Positions 24,423-38,787 of a stretch of DNA of 64,000 bases are shown here, one piece after another (position 1 is the stretch's first letter; each line of letters begins with the position of its first letter). This DNA is from Chrysomallon squamiferum (Eukaryota; Animalia; Mollusca), in NCBI GenBank assembly GCA_012295275.1, contig CM022665.1, positions 43,090,001 to 43,154,000 on the forward strand, read 5' to 3'. Below the pieces are notes generated by a model. It searched no databases and was not told where the DNA came from. It worked only from the letters and a program-made list of their open reading frames with translations. Made by a program: the position numbers and the translations under genes.

Positions 24423-27400
24423 CTGCAAAGACACAGTTTACAATTTATTTCAGAAATAAAACTTCATCCAAAAAAATATTTAATTATGAAACTGTTATAT
24501 GCAGTTTGCACTCTTGACAAATCATGAGATATTACCGTACTAATATCAAACTCTTTGATGAATTACTCTGTTTATTTCTGCCTTTATACTGTTAATCATT
24601 TTAATGTCAGTAATAATCAAAAAACCCATTTCTAGAACCAGTTCAAAATCCAGCACCACTCAAGGAATTATTAATTATCTCTTATAAACTATTGTATATC
24701 AAACATTTATTATTTCATAATCTGATAATTTTAACCACAAAAATAACTTCTTTTTTTTTTCTTTTCTGGTCACTGGACATGCAACAACCATGGCATCACA
24801 GAGCAAGTTATTTCATCTACAACTTAACTGACAGATAAATAGTTAATGGACATACTAGACCTGGCCTCAGCGCTATAAAGTGACATTTTTGAATCTCTTA
24901 CCACTGTGGGACTGTAAGGAGGTGAAGGTGACAGAGACAGGACCGGGCTGTGTTTCTTCCTGGCAGGGGAGGCAATGTAGCGGCGTTCGGAAAACCTCGT
25001 CTCCTCGGAATAGTAGTACTGACTGTTCGTCATCACTTCCACCGTGTTGTCTGGGAGACCAAACTCCCGCACCACCCTCAGCCTGATCTGGGAGCTGACA
25101 GCTCTCTTGTCGGAGTACGGCAGGGCGTAGGCTCGCTGGGCTACCCGCGACCGCTGCAACTCCGCCTCTCTCTGTAACATCGTGACTAACGTGTTTCTGT
25201 CGGGAACTGCGGAAGGAACAGATTAACCAAATTCAAAACACTGTCCAGGCTTTTAAGCAGTCATCTTTGTTACTTTTTTAAACAGAGGAATATATGTTTT
25301 TTTAACACTAACATCATTATTATTAATATTTTTTTAAACCCTAACATTATTATTATTAATATTTTTTTAAACACTAACTTTATTATTATTAATATTTTTT
25401 TTAAATTTTAGCATTTAGTTTATTAATAATTTTGTTTAAACTCAGCTATTTAATTTATAATACAAATAAAAATTATCTTAATAATATCAAAAAAAAACCC
25501 AACCAAGATCTTTATTTCTACTTCCAAATGCTTTTAAAGATGTGTTTTAAGACTACCTGGTATGGTTCCAGCAATGATGTCGACAGTGGAAGCTGGAGAG
25601 AGTGAGTAAGGCATGGTATAGTGTCTGTCCTCCACCATGTACAGTGTGTCAGGGATTGAGGAAATGTTGATCATCCTAATGCGACTCGAGTCCTGCTCAT
25701 GAGCAAGAGACAACTGGTCTTCCAAGACAGACTGGAATGAATGAATGAACGAACAAGTGAAATGGACAAACAAATGAATCAATCAATCAATTATTAACAA
25801 TACTTCCAAGAAATTTTCATATCAACAGTTACTACACACAAACACACAGAAAAACAAAATTATTTGTGATTAATGAATTTGTAAGAAAAAATTCAGATAG
25901 TATAACAATGAAAAAGAAAGGTATTTGAAAAACAAAAAATATATATATTATATGAACAATTATGATAATTAAACACATCATTAAAATATATATTTTATAA
26001 AAATGTTATACCACACCTAAAAAATCGAATAAAAAATCACCAATAATTAAAAATAATAATCAATATACAGGCAGACATTTTTAAAAACAACAAATGTGAA
26101 ATACGGAGATATAACCAACCTTTGCTTCTTCGTAATAAGGCAAAAACAGTCGCGGCCGGACATACACTCCATTGTTTTTCCCTCGAACCCAAGCGCACAC
26201 TTTATTTCCACTGCTTTCATCTCCAATCATATGAGAGGGTGGGGTGCTGACAAGACCTCGCTTTATTGCACCATTTAGAGTATCGTTACTGTACGGTATC
26301 ACGTGGTCAAGCCTAACCAAAGGCAAAATGTCAGCGAGAATATCTCTGAGCTCGACATCATTCAAGTCTCGTTTCTTAACACCTTTCTTTGCTACACTGT
26401 GAGCTGTGTGACTCAGCAGATTTGGTTCTGAAACAAAAAAAAACAAAAAAAATAAAGTAATAATAATAAGAACAACATTGTTTTTTTAAAAATAAAATGT
26501 TTGGTTTTTCTTATATTCTTTTTTTTTTCTTTCTTATTTCTTATTTTTATTTTTTATTAAAGGGATGTTTTATTTTTATTATATTATTAACAGTTTAGTT
26601 AGTTTCGTTTATTTATAATTCCAGTGGGCTGGGCTTATTCAAGGATTTCAGTTCAATTTTTTTAAGCATCAGAAAAACTGAGGTGGCCCTATTCACAAAG
26701 CATGGGTACGTTCAGTCAATTACAATAATTCTAACTGCTAATCTTTTATTATTTCATTTATCTATTATTATTTTTTTTTTTTAATTAATCAGTTTAGTCT
26801 GATATTTTTCATTTCTGAATAAGCAGTAAATTTGTTAAAATATAAAAAAAAGAGAAACATATAAATGTCAAACAGTTAATATTTCATATTACAGTTATTA
26901 TGCATTTTATCAATTAAATGATCATTTTAAATCCAGATGATTGTTTTTTTGTTTTTTTATCAATTCATTTAATAAATCTTTCTTAATAATTACAAGGAAC
27001 CGTGGAATTATTCTTGATTTTAAATAAATATGTTAGTGTTACTAAAATTCTTTATGGGAACAGACCAGAATATTTATCTGCAGAGTTAAACATGACACAG
27101 AAAATAAAACAACTGCTGACCTCTTTCTTCTATTCTGCGAACCAGTTGCTGTTCACCCCATTTTAACACTGCTGTCAACACGTCCAGTTCTCCTGCCTAA
27201 AAATATTATTTAAAAAAACAAACAAAACATAATCAAACAGCCAAAGATATTTTTTCTGAAACCTTTATCAAGCAATTTGTTCAGATCCAGGTGTTTTGCA
27301 AGCATCCAAACTTAAAAAAATTATAATATAGTGTATTTATTAAGAACATATATTATAATGAGAATAAAAATCAATCAATACTTTTATAAAATTTAAAAAC

Positions 27401-29341
27401 ATTAACTTTAGGTACATAAAAATTTTGAATTATTTTATGGTTTAGATTTCACAGTATTGTATAACGCTACTTTAAATATTATTTTAATATTAAACTGAAG
27501 GCCTCTCTTTAAAAAAATTTAGTTTCATTATTACTATAATTTACTTATTTTGAATACATTTGTGCAATGAACTTATCTGATTATATCATATTTCTTACCA
27601 ATAATCAAAATTTAAAGTGTTTCTGAGTTACTGAAGTTTGTTTAACATATATATCAGCATTTTTAAAATGTTTAGAAGGAATAAAAATCATTATAAAACA
27701 TATCTTTATACATATGCATATTATTTTTTATGTAATGGAATAATGATTTGTATTTTTTACCTGCAGGAAATCAGAACGAAGTGCTTCTATCAAGTACTCT
27801 TTGCTGAGGTCATGTAATACAGGTGAATGTGCTATCTGCACAAACTCCTCCAATAAATAGTGAAGTCCTTGTCGATGGACCCAGGGAGAGCCATGTGCCT
27901 CTGAGCTCCAGTTTAACACTGACGTCAGATTATCTGTTGAGATACTGTCGACAATAATATCTTCCGAACCTAGGAAATAAAACATTATTTTCCGCATTTA
28001 AAAAAAATCATAAGCAAAAAAAAAAAAAGAAAGACGTTCAACAATGTTGGCAGTATTTGTAACAAATTTTCTGTTTCTGTTTGATAATATTGACATTATG
28101 ACATTAACATAACAGTAACAGTAAATAATTTTAAGAAAAAAAAAAAAGAAAAAAAAAAAGGGAAATATTTTCTGTCTGGCTCTGTACTCACCTTGCGAGA
28201 GTACTGTAAAATCGAGGAACTGTCCAATCTGATATATTTCCATTGCTTCATCCACCATGGTCATTTGGCATTTCCCACTGGACACCATCGCCTGAACTTC
28301 ACTTAAGCTGCACATGCTGGAGCTGCCACGGACGATGCACGACAGGTCCACTGAGTCCTGATATATTGCATTTAACAACACGCGAGCGTACCTCCGAGAA
28401 ATCACAGACTCGTCTAACACTATCCGTGACCGAGTGTGCAAGGCCCGCTCAGTAAGCTCTTCGCCCGAGCGAGCACGACGGATTATCAAGTTTCTGAAAA
28501 AGGGAGACCTAGCTGCCAGAATGGCTTTGTGGCAAGGGAATTCCAGCTTAGAAGTCCTATTGGAATACTGCATAGCATGCGAGGAGGCATCGTTGGTGCT
28601 GGCTGACATTAAGTCGTACTGTTCACTCTCTGTGGAAAACACCAGAACTGCGTCACTGTACTCGCCGGTCTCCAGCAGAGTCCGCAGGTCGTGTTCCACA
28701 GCGTTAGGCACGCCGAACTCGACAGCCAACTTCTGAAGTATTTCGCTGTTCTCCAAGTTCAGCTCCTGAGTGTTCAGTTCGTCGGTGTACAGGTATCGCA
28801 GTAGCGCAGAAAACAGCGTCACGTCCACTCCCGATGTTTTCAACTTCACGGGGACTGACATTCCATAATCAGGATATCGTGATAACAAGTCCCTGAAAAA
28901 AGGGCTCCTAATTGCAAGTAAAGATCGGTGGGCAGGGAAGCATGTTCCTTTGTACAATAAATCGACATCTGTACAGTATTTACAGTCGTAGAGGGTGGAC
29001 AAATCTTGACGAAGGGTGTTGGCGTTGGGCCGGGCTAAGTTAGCAGCCAGGGCAAGTTCTTTGAGCGACACCAGTGCTTCATATTCTTGAACAAGAGCAC
29101 TGATGTCGCGCACATGCCAAGATGAAATTAATTCACGCAACGATTTTCCGTAATCTAACGACCTGCTATGTCGTCGAACGCGATTCAGTTTCCGTCGAAG
29201 TGTCGCAAATTTTGAAGCTTTTTTCTTTTTATCCCTTGCACTGAGCTCTCCATCTGATATACCATAAACAGCTGAAGGTCTTGCAAATAGAGGCTTCGGG
29301 GCTGACTGAACCCGATCAGGAAGTGAGGAGTTTGTCCCCAT
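24276..29341 (-). CDS. BTBD7: BTB/POZ domain-containing protein 7 (two BTB domains plus BACK), 789 aa, 7 coding exons
   Basis: Exons 28192-29341, 27761-27969, 27121-27196, 26120-26427, 25557-25731, 24902-25206 and 24276-24422 total 2370 nt with compatible phases. BTBD7-like motifs: MGTNSS (myristoylation-type start), FATLRRKL, CHKAILAARSPFFRNL, IVLDESVI, KWGEQQL, EPNLLSHTAHSV, YVRPRLFLPY, RVVREFGLPD. Confidence 0.95.
24902..25206 (-). CDS. BTBD7: BTBD7 coding exon 6
   Basis: VPDRNTLVTMLQRE...YSPTV|gtaaga; this phase-0 donor fits the last exon. Confidence 0.85.
25557..25731 (-). CDS. BTBD7: BTBD7 coding exon 5
   Basis: SVLEDQL...IPDTLYMV...GTIP, flanked by tccag and gtagtc. Confidence 0.9.
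26120..26427 (-). CDS. BTBD7: BTBD7 coding exon 4
   Basis: EPNLLSHTAHSV...YYEEAK, flanked by ttcag and gttggt. Confidence 0.93.
27121..27196 (-). CDS. BTBD7: BTBD7 coding exon 3
   Basis: AGELDVLTAVLKWGEQQLVRRIEER, flanked by tttag and gtcagc; absent from the ORF track. Confidence 0.92.
27761..27969 (-). CDS. BTBD7: BTBD7 coding exon 2 (BACK)
   Basis: GSEDIIVDS...SDFLQ, flanked by cctag and gtaaaa. Confidence 0.93.
28192..29341 (-). CDS. BTBD7: BTBD7 first coding exon (both BTB domains)
   Basis: Long ORF; G|gtgagt donor at 28190-28191; exon acceptor upstream at 29402-29403. Confidence 0.95.
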
Positions 29342-29345
29342 CTCT

Positions 29346-29392
29346 CTAGATCAATACCATCATCGAATATACAAGATTATGGGTAGCACCAT
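29346..29392 (-). promoter_or_regulatory. Two overlapping upstream ORFs in the BTBD7 5' leader
   Basis: uORF1 is 29360-29392 (MVLPIILYIR*). uORF2 is 29346-29363 (MMVLI*) and ends 4 nt before the main ATG. Both lie inside the exon that starts at 29401. Confidence 0.65.
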
Positions 29393-32300
29393 TTTTACAG
29401 ACTGAAAACAAAGACAAAAAAAAAATAATAATTAATAATTATAATAATAAAAAATAAATTAATAGAAATTGCAATATTATGTCAAAAAGAAGCTATTTTA
29501 GATGAATAACAGAATATAACAAAAATTTTAAAAGTCGGAAATAAAACTTAAATAACAGTACAGTTTCACAGAAAAAAAGGACATCCAATATATATATATA
29601 TACACACACACACACACTTTATATATACACAGTAAACAACATGACTAAACAAAAACATTATTGTGAAAAAGTAATGAAATTTCTACATTAAGTCAATATT
29701 TAAAAAATAAAATTTTAAATAAAAAATTATCCAGATAAATTTAGCTAAAACTTTTTCTTGGTAAGATTAATTTAAATTGAAATTTTCTATACGCAGATTT
29801 ATCTTTTAATACTGAAAGGAAATGTAAATTTACTCTGGAGATTTTGGTAGTTCTTTTGCAATTATTTTAAATCATTAGAATATATGTACACAAACAAATT
29901 ATTTTCCAATAACATTTTTTTTTTTTTTTTTTTTTTGCTGCTTTGTTGCATCAGATGGTTCTGATTAATAATAAAGTAAAAAAAAATAATAAGCCAATAT
30001 GTATTTTATTATATAATAATTAAATTGAAATTCACAAGTTAAGCATCTGCTTTTTTTCCAAGAAAGTTGTGTTTTTATTCTACTTATTCCATTAAAATTT
30101 TTTTTTTTTTTAAATAATAAATAAATAAAAATTATTAATTTATTTATTATTTTAAATTATTATTATTAGAAGGATTATTTTTTTTGGGTTAAAGAAGTAC
30201 ACACACGTGTGTGTGTGTATGTGTGTGCGTCAGGAACACATAGTTTTCATACAAACATTTTTGTTTTATTTATCACTTCAGGTAAAAGTTTCTCTCATAT
30301 AGACACATACACACACTGGTGAAAATCCAGCAAACCCCATTAGTTACATGTGAATAATGTATATCTGTCCACCGGAAAGCTGACAGGTTAAATGTACTGC
30401 TACGAAAGGTGCTTGGCAGGACCAAGGACATCACCATGATGAATGCTGGAGGCCAGCCTTACACAGAAAAACTTTTTCAACTGGGCCAATATTTACTACC
30501 AGTAAACATGCTGAGTTACGCATGCACTGCAATGTTCAACAATCACACAGAATGAAACAATAACTAAATTCTCCAAATATCAACAGCTGGTCTGTTCTGA
30601 GAATTTCAATTTTTTTTTCTTTTCTTTTTTCGCACTAGTATAAAAATATAAACCTTCTAAGCCAATGCATTAAATATAAACTGTACAAGTTTTATAATCA
30701 AACATTAAAATGATATAAAAATGTTCTTAATACTACACACACAAATTATAATACAGTAACTGGGATATAGTTTAAAATGGTTGGTAAACAACTTTATATT
30801 ACTGAACAGCAGTACATAAATGAAGAAACTACTTTGAACAATTTTTTTTATAATGTAAATATGGGATAAAGTACTGGAGCAAGATGTTTGACAATGTTAT
30901 CATACATATTTAAACAGCAAAGATAAAAAGCTATGCACTGAAACAAAATTTGAGGTTTAAGATCTATATTAAATAAAGTTTTAAACACTGTGCAAAAATA
31001 ATAATTAAACAAAACATATACTTCTTGAAACATGGCAACTTAAATATAGATCAACTTAATTAGCATATCACGTTTCCTTACAACTGTTTATTCATTTTTA
31101 TATTCATTTATATATTTTTTATTTTATGTTATTATTTATTATTATTTGCTAATAACCCTCAGATGACAGTGAAGAAAAATGACAGTTAAAAGATTAAAAA
31201 AGGTCAAATTTCTATCGTGAGAAAAAACATACAATAACATTATTAACAAGTAATAAAAAAACTTTAAATGTTAAATTAACATCTATATTCTGTGTTTCCT
31301 TGATCTAGCTCAGCACAACTCAAAATAAAAAGGCTATATCTACATCCACAAACATTTTAAACAAAATAAAAACATTCTGCTCGTCTGTAATTATTTTTAT
31401 TATTTATTCAATTTTTTTTTTTTAAAAAGGCCTAATTCTTTAATATTATTTCAAAATAATATAATATAAAACATTTTGCTCAGTCAGTCTCAGACTTTTG
31501 AACATTCAAAATTTAGATGTAATTTATGGTTAAGGTTAGCTGTAATGATAAGTTTTTTTGGATTACAGTTTTCTTAGCAGTTCAATGATCTATAAACAAT
31601 TATAATGAAATATAACTACATGTTAATTTTTAGTTTTAAATAGATCTCATTTTGATTGCTGTTACATTTAATCTTTAAGTACGAACATCTTTAAATGAGT
31701 GACTTAAGATATTTGAGAGTTTATTTGCTGGCAAATAGATTCTCCCAACAACTGATTGGTCAAAAAAACAAGTTGTTGTAAGTTTGTAAGAAATTGTAGA
31801 AATATATTATTAAAGACCCATTTTCAATACAATTTGGTAGGAGCACTGCATTACAAATACAATATATCATTATTTACAGTGCATGGATACATGAATCAAT
31901 GTTTTCTTTGGAACTGCAGGACCACATCCAAGATGGCCAAATGGTTGCAGATAAATTCTTAAATATCTCATTTGTCACACTTTCAAAGACACTGAATTGA
32001 TACTTACAGATTAAATATACAATTACCTCTATTTAACAATAATCATAATGAGTACAAAAATTATTTGTTGATCATTTTGAACGACCTGTCAGCACTTGTC
32101 TGTAACAGACTAAATAATTTAATCTTTTTCGGCTTCTGATGTTGATTACTCTGAACAATTGAATTGATTTATTTAATGATAGTTTTGCAGAAATAAATCA
32201 TTTTACATTTTGTGATGAATAAATTTCTGGAAAAGCTCTATTTTACTGAATATTATATTTTCAACAAAATACTTAGGTACTAATGGACTGAAATGTTTAA

Positions 32301-32525
32301 AACTAACAAAAATAATATTAGTTTATGTCGAATAGTACATCTGTTTCTTTTTTGATTATGTTTTGATCAAGTTGGCGACTAAGGAAGTGATGGCGGTACC
32401 GAATATTTACAAACCACATTGACCAAAATGAAATATATGCAAAACAAATTGATACAACTATGTGTTTCTGTTTAACATATCTTATTATGAACAAAAAACA
32501 GCTAACATAATCAAGAATAACTCAC

Positions 32526-32977
32526 CAAAAATGTCAAACAACCTCACATTTTACCGACTACTCCTTTTGACATCCACAGCAAATAACTAGATCGCAGTAA
32601 ATTTAGCAAAATATTTATTCATTAAGTTTGAACGGGTAGAATTAGTAATTAATTAAATCATATTAATTTTGTTTTAGATCTGGATATTTCAACAATAATC
32701 ACTAATTAACTGAACTGAATTTTATTTTTAAAACACTTTTATGCGAACCTGGTTTCATTTAGGCCACATTAAATATCTACAAATACAGGTATCAACGAAG
32801 GGCAGAATCTGTTTTTCTTAGCATTCCAGTTGGAAATTAGAGAGATTAAGAACTGGCGTTTTAAAGTTAATTTCCAATGAATAAAATAATTATCAGGAAT
32901 TAACAAATAACTGAAAATTAAATAACCAACCAAACAAACAACCAACCAACTAACTAATTAAATAATAAGTCTTACGA

Positions 32978-33029
<52 letters not shown>

Positions 33030-33292
33030 AAACAACAATAATAAAAATTCTATCTGGAACAACGAAATGTTAATTGTTTAGTGTTTAGTAAATTCTAAGT
33101 TGCGCTTAGCAAAATTCAGAGTTCACAACTTAATGTTCAGTATAGTTTAAAAAATGTAATTAAACTTAGATTTTTAGTTTGCTCAATATGTATTGTTATC
33201 TGATGACTTTCAAACGATCTTCGTACGAGAACAAACGATATCCGTGCGAGAACAGACGAATATCTCGAAAAACCAAATGATATTTATATTTT

Positions 33293-33325
<33 letters not shown>

Positions 33326-33702
33326 TAATTCTCACGGAAATATAATTTTGTTTTTGAAACGTATTCATTTAACTGACATAACTGTTCTATTTACAATAAC
33401 AGAGAAGGAAAACAAGTTGTTTCGGCGTCTTGCTCAAGAAATAAGTTATTCAAACAGAAGTTACTTCGTTGTTTAATTTCAACTGTTAAAATTTTTTTTT
33501 CTTCTTCTTCTTCTTTAACTTAAAAAAATTGGGATATTATATATGTTTTGTCGGTTGTATGCAGCAGAAACTGGTAAATAACTTGGTCGCTGTCCTCACG
33601 TTTGTTTACTGGTTCTCAACTGTAAGGTCAGAAAACGCGCAACTATTCGAGCAGTCGGTTCATTGCTTCCAGCTCGTGTGGAGGAAGATAATTTCGGTAA
33701 TC
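32526..33702. promoter_or_regulatory. Putative bidirectional promoter region for BTBD7 and COX8, including a probable non-coding first exon of BTBD7
   Basis: Minus-strand donor TG|gtgagt at 32520-32525; CpG content visibly rises from about 32.3 to 34.2 kb; COX8 ATG at 33703 on the opposite strand. Confidence 0.5.
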
Positions 33703-34318
33703 ATGTCTGGCATTTTGAGAAAGGTTTCGAGCAGTATTTTAACCGTGGCCAAGCCATCGATAGTCCAGAAAGCGACAGTAATATCTGGTCCACCCAAGTA
33801 CAGAGTTCCAATGCAGGTAATTATTTTTCATTCTTTCTTGTATGATGAAATAAAGATTCACCATGAAGGTCATAGGTTGACATTGTTGCTAATGATCAAT
33901 AAGTTTTGTATCATGTATGAAATTATTATTATTTTTTAATTTTATATGATCAGCAAGTACAGTGGTAACTTTATAATTCAGAAAAATTTGATAAAAGGTT
34001 GTGAAAACTCACGAGTCGTATTTTATACTGGTCACGTACACGACATATAAATTGCCTAATCCGGAAAGTTTACGTCATGCAATTCATCTTGAAAGTTCAG
34101 ACAATAAAAATACAGTTAAGTTAATTATTATATATTCATTATTTTCGTTTAAATGTAACTTCTCAATGTAAGTTATTATTACTAGTTAAATTTTTGTTTA
34201 ACCGCTGCCATTTATTTTCCAGGAGAAAGTTGCCCTTGGTCTTGTGATGATCGGTGCCACAGTAGCCCCAATTGCCTGGGTGCTGACACACGTGAAGTAC
34301 TACAGAGAAAGAGATTGA
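33703..34318 (+). CDS. COX8: Cytochrome c oxidase subunit 8, mitochondrial precursor, 69 aa, 2 exons
   Basis: Exon 33703-33816 encodes MSGILRKVSSSILTVAKPSIVQKATVISGPPKYRVPMQ|gtaatt; exon 34223-34318 encodes ttccag|EKVALGLVMIGATVAPIAWVLTHVKYYRERD*. The acid-free basic presequence, SGPP...EK..LG and P..WVL.H...Y single transmembrane helix are COX8 signatures. ATTAAA at 34566 and AATAAA at 34617 lie downstream. Confidence 0.93.
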
Positions 34319-37300
34319 CCATAGCAGATGTTTATTAAAAAAGAGCAGGGATCACTGTGTGGACATTATGGACAGAAGGAATACCATATTACCAGTCTTC
34401 TTGTGGAACTGTTTATAACTTTACTTCAAAGTGCAGTATGCTGGCCAAAACTCTGAGATAGGTTTTAAACAGAACATGATTCAGACTGGTTTATAGTGTG
34501 TACACCTGTAGAAAAATTTTGAGAAATTTTTTGGTTATTTAATTATTTTAATTTTTATTGAAAGCATTAAAAAGTTTACAATACCTTAATGTTGATCTTT
34601 TATAATTTCATTTAAAAATAAATGAATCCACAATACAGTTAAATGTCAGTCTGTTGATGTAAGTGACGGTTAATGCTTAAGAAACTGGCAAAAGAAAATT
34701 ATTCTAAAGCTTTAAAAATAGTGTGATAGTGAGAAAAAAATGTTTGTGCTAAATCCTATTGTGAAGGTCACAGTAAAATATTTTATTTGTTCTTTATAAA
34801 GATGAGAATAAGTTGATACTTCAAATTTTAATATTTGTGTGAAGGTTATAAGTACATCATGTTCTTCACAATATATGAAAAATGAGTTCATATGATTAGT
34901 ATTCAACACCAAAATTATTTTTTTCTCAATGAAATAGGCTAATAAATGTGAATAAGAACTGCCCAAATATTTTAAAATTTGAGATTTTTAAAATTTAAAA
35001 TGAATAGTTCTTTTAAATTAGCTTGTCTCTTCATAACTAAATAATTTCACTGTACCACAGATGAAATAAAAAGAAACATCCAATTTCACTTATTTTTGTA
35101 TCTTTTTATTCCAAAAATTCAGAATTATAATGATAAACATGAAATAATTTTGCATGACCATTCATTCAGAAAAGCAAAATTTAATTTCAGATCATGATTT
35201 TGAAACATTTTTAATTCAACCTGCAGTTAAGAAAATGTAAATATAACAAAAAATCCCAGTAAATATAAATAAAGTCATGGAAAAAAAAAAAGCAGTTAAA
35301 AAACAGTTTTGTTTTCAGTATAACCACAGTACTGCAAGTATTTAACAGTTTTGTTCATTTTTATTTTTTGAGGCTGGTTAAAGATTATCTGTAACAGCAC
35401 TGTCTGAAAAGCTTAATGAAATATCTATAATATTTAAATAACAATGCTAAAATACAAGATTAAATATAAAGTGTTAAATCTCAAAAATTTCTACTAACAA
35501 CTAGAACTGTTAAATTTGAAGCTTGACAATGGATGTTTGGACACAGAAATTAAATGGTTTAAAATATAAATCTAACAAGCTGCCTGATACAGATTTCTAA
35601 ATATTTAGTGTCATGATAAATCCTAAATATTTAAAAAAACAAAAATTTAATTAGTCCAAAGTATCCACATTAATTGCAGACTTGAAATTTATATGCAGAT
35701 GAGAGAAATTTTAAAGATGGTGATTTAATTATTCTTAATATTTTTAGCAGTTGTATCACAAATCGATATGTATCCAAGTTTGATATTTTTTTTTTTTCAA
35801 TTTTCTTGACACTAATATGCTTGAGTTTGCTATCATTATTATGTGTACAGATATTTATTTTTAAATAAAATAATAATAACAGCAATGATCAAGTATTACC
35901 AGGTTATACAAAACTAATTAGTAGGTGTTAAATTTAAGATTGTGCAGCTGCCAATTTTTTTTTTTCACAACCATAAATTCCATACAACTATAAAGGCCTG
36001 TTGTATTCATATCTATAATAAAACATGGACATTTTAAAAACAAAATTTCAACTTGTTTTTATCATGCAGATCTTTTATTCCAGAAATGAGAGAGAATGTT
36101 TAAAATACATGTTTATATATATTTTAAAGTTATATATAAATAATTATATTAGTAATACTTAATAACAAAACAATGGCTAATATTGTAATTTTTTAAGCAC
36201 ACATTATTTCTTAAATGAAAATTTGAAGAAAAAAAAAATTATATCAAAAACAGACTCGATTTTGTTCTAATTATTAAAACAGACAAACTGTCGCAGGAAA
36301 CAAAATAATAGTAAATTTAAAAATGAATATGTCAAAATGTAAAACAAATTATCAGTGCTATAAAATCTGAAATTAAAATGGTCCCACTATGAAGTATGAA
36401 ATGATTGAGAAAAATGTAGATTTAATTTATTTTAATAAAATGATAAAACGAGATTCTTTTGGGAAATGTTAATTTTTTTTGTTATCTTTCACATTCAACT
36501 GGTAATAAAAAACAAATTCAAATGTTGCATTATTATATTAAGAGAAAAAAAACCAACAACAATAAACAAACAACCATTCAGCAGCTTGTCAAAATTGCAA
36601 ATATATGAAGTACATCAATTATGTTAAAAAAATATATATATATTTATTGTGAAATGGTATTTCTGTTACACATTTTAAAAAACATGGCTTGATTTATCTA
36701 GATATAATCAGATTTTACTGAAACATGGTAAAAGCAAAAAAAACAAAACAAATATATATGTATATATATTAATTTTCAGTTATTTCTAAACAAAACATTT
36801 TCTTTAATATAATCAGAGTTGAATTTTTTTAATTATAATTTAGATCATTTTTTAATAAAAATCACGTTTAAAATAACAGTATTTGATGACTAACAATTAC
36901 TAAATGCACATACAAATGAAAAAAAATATATATTAAAACTTAAAAAAAAAAAATACATTTAAAAACACACAACATAAATGTACAATTTATCCACAATAAT
37001 ATAATAAAACGTAAATATGTACAAAAACATTTCGGTAACACTGCAGCATTACATTAAAATATTTTTAAAAAATTGTATTGTTATAATACAGTTTAATTAT
37101 ATTCAAATAAAGATATATTAATATTTTAAAAGTAGCTTTTAAAAAAAACACGAATAACAACAAAAATAGATGACAATTATTTTGTATTGTTATATTTAAA
37201 AGAAATTAATGATAAATATCAGAATTTAAAAAAAAAAATTAAAAAAAATGAATTATTTAATTATGGAAGCCAAAAGAAATGGTTAATTTTTTGTAGAAAA

Positions 37301-38787
37301 AACCGAAAGGAATAATTTTGAAGATTTAAAAATAAAATAATAATAAATAAAAAATAAAAATTCAATTTATTTCAAAGTTCTACTTATTAGTAATAATATG
37401 CAAATAAGCACCTTCAGTATTTTATATATTATTACATACAAATACGTTCGAATTTAATGCAATAATTCAAATAATATACACATTTAGCACTATGTAGAAA
37501 ATAAAAAAATTAAAAATACACAACCACAAATCATCAACAAAAAATACAAAAGTTAACAACCAAAATTCTTTCTTTCTTTAAAATGATATGCTTATAAAAA
37601 TGAATAAAAAGTAAAAGGGAGATCACTTATATTAATGTTCTTTTTAATATATATTATCAGGTATTTAGAAAAAGATTTTAGCCAAGTTAAAATATGAGTC
37701 CTTAAAATAATGCCCTAAACTAAAACCGAAATGGTATTTATCTTAATTTTTTTTAATTAATTATGTTAACAGAAATTTTTTTTTTAGATTAATAATTTTT
37801 TTTATTATACTTTTTAAATGATGAATGTTTTGTAATATTCATTTTTATTTTTAATATCAATTTATTTTCTTACTTTTTATCATTTTAACAGTTATAAATT
37901 GAAACTGATGTTAAGCAAATAATAACAACAGTAATAATAATCAGTAAATAAACAAACATACAAAACAACAGAATATTGAAACAATTGATTTTTTTTTTCT
38001 CTTTTAGTACATAACAAACTATTTGCTGTATTATTCTAAGGCAAAATAAACTTACAAACATGAAAGGCACATTTCTATTCCTAAGTCAGTGATCTTTTCA
38101 AAACTATCCAGATTTATAAAAAAAAAAAAATAATTTTAGTTTCATTATATCAATACAACTGAATGTATCTATACAAATCGTTTATCATGTTTTAGTTTAT
38201 GTATCAATATAAATAATAGGTTTATTTCAATGTAGATTTCCTAATAATACACATCTTTATCTATTAAAATTAAATATAATGTACACAGTATATATTTCTA
38301 TAAATGCAGGCATAGTGGGCAACCTAGACTTGATGGGGATCGATAATGAAAGAAAGGATCAAAGACTTGTACATGACAGATTTATATTCCGAAAATCATA
38401 TTAGTCTTATCCTATCACTATCAAAATATCAATTATAAGTTAACCACTTAATACAACCAACATATTCACTTTAGTCCTGTAGTGTTTGTCTTAATTATGT
38501 TTCTGTTTGTCTAACCATGTGTAACAGGACATTCGTAATAATAACAATGAAATATATTAGTCCACACTTCCTAACTATGTTCATCTTAGTTATATCTACA
38601 CTCGTATTACTAAATATAACCAACATATTTCAAAAATAACATGGGTAATCTACCAATTTGTCTGTTAGTGAAGTTGATCAATGAACGGCAAGATATAAAA
38701 AAATACATGGCTTTTTTTTTTAATTTTTTTTTTTTTCTCTCTCTCTGTCCATGATTACCCTGAATTTTCGTCTGTGTGTGCAAAGTT

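Noticed and set aside
24824-24901. ORF-track ending of BTBD7 (VRDSKMSLY...YLSVS*)
   Set aside because: A strong phase-0 gtaaga donor at 24900-24901 joins a plausible terminal exon at 24422. The read-through is more likely intron, although an alternative end cannot be excluded.
28243-28736. Plus-strand ORFs overlapping BTBD7 (similarly 2028-2467, 14464-15322, 24880-25177, 47710-47907)
   Set aside because: These are antisense shadows of real GC-richer coding exons.
30437-30514. ATGATGA...CTGA suggesting a C/D box snoRNA
   Set aside because: It is antisense to the host BTBD7 intron, has no terminal stem and no recognisable guide sequence.
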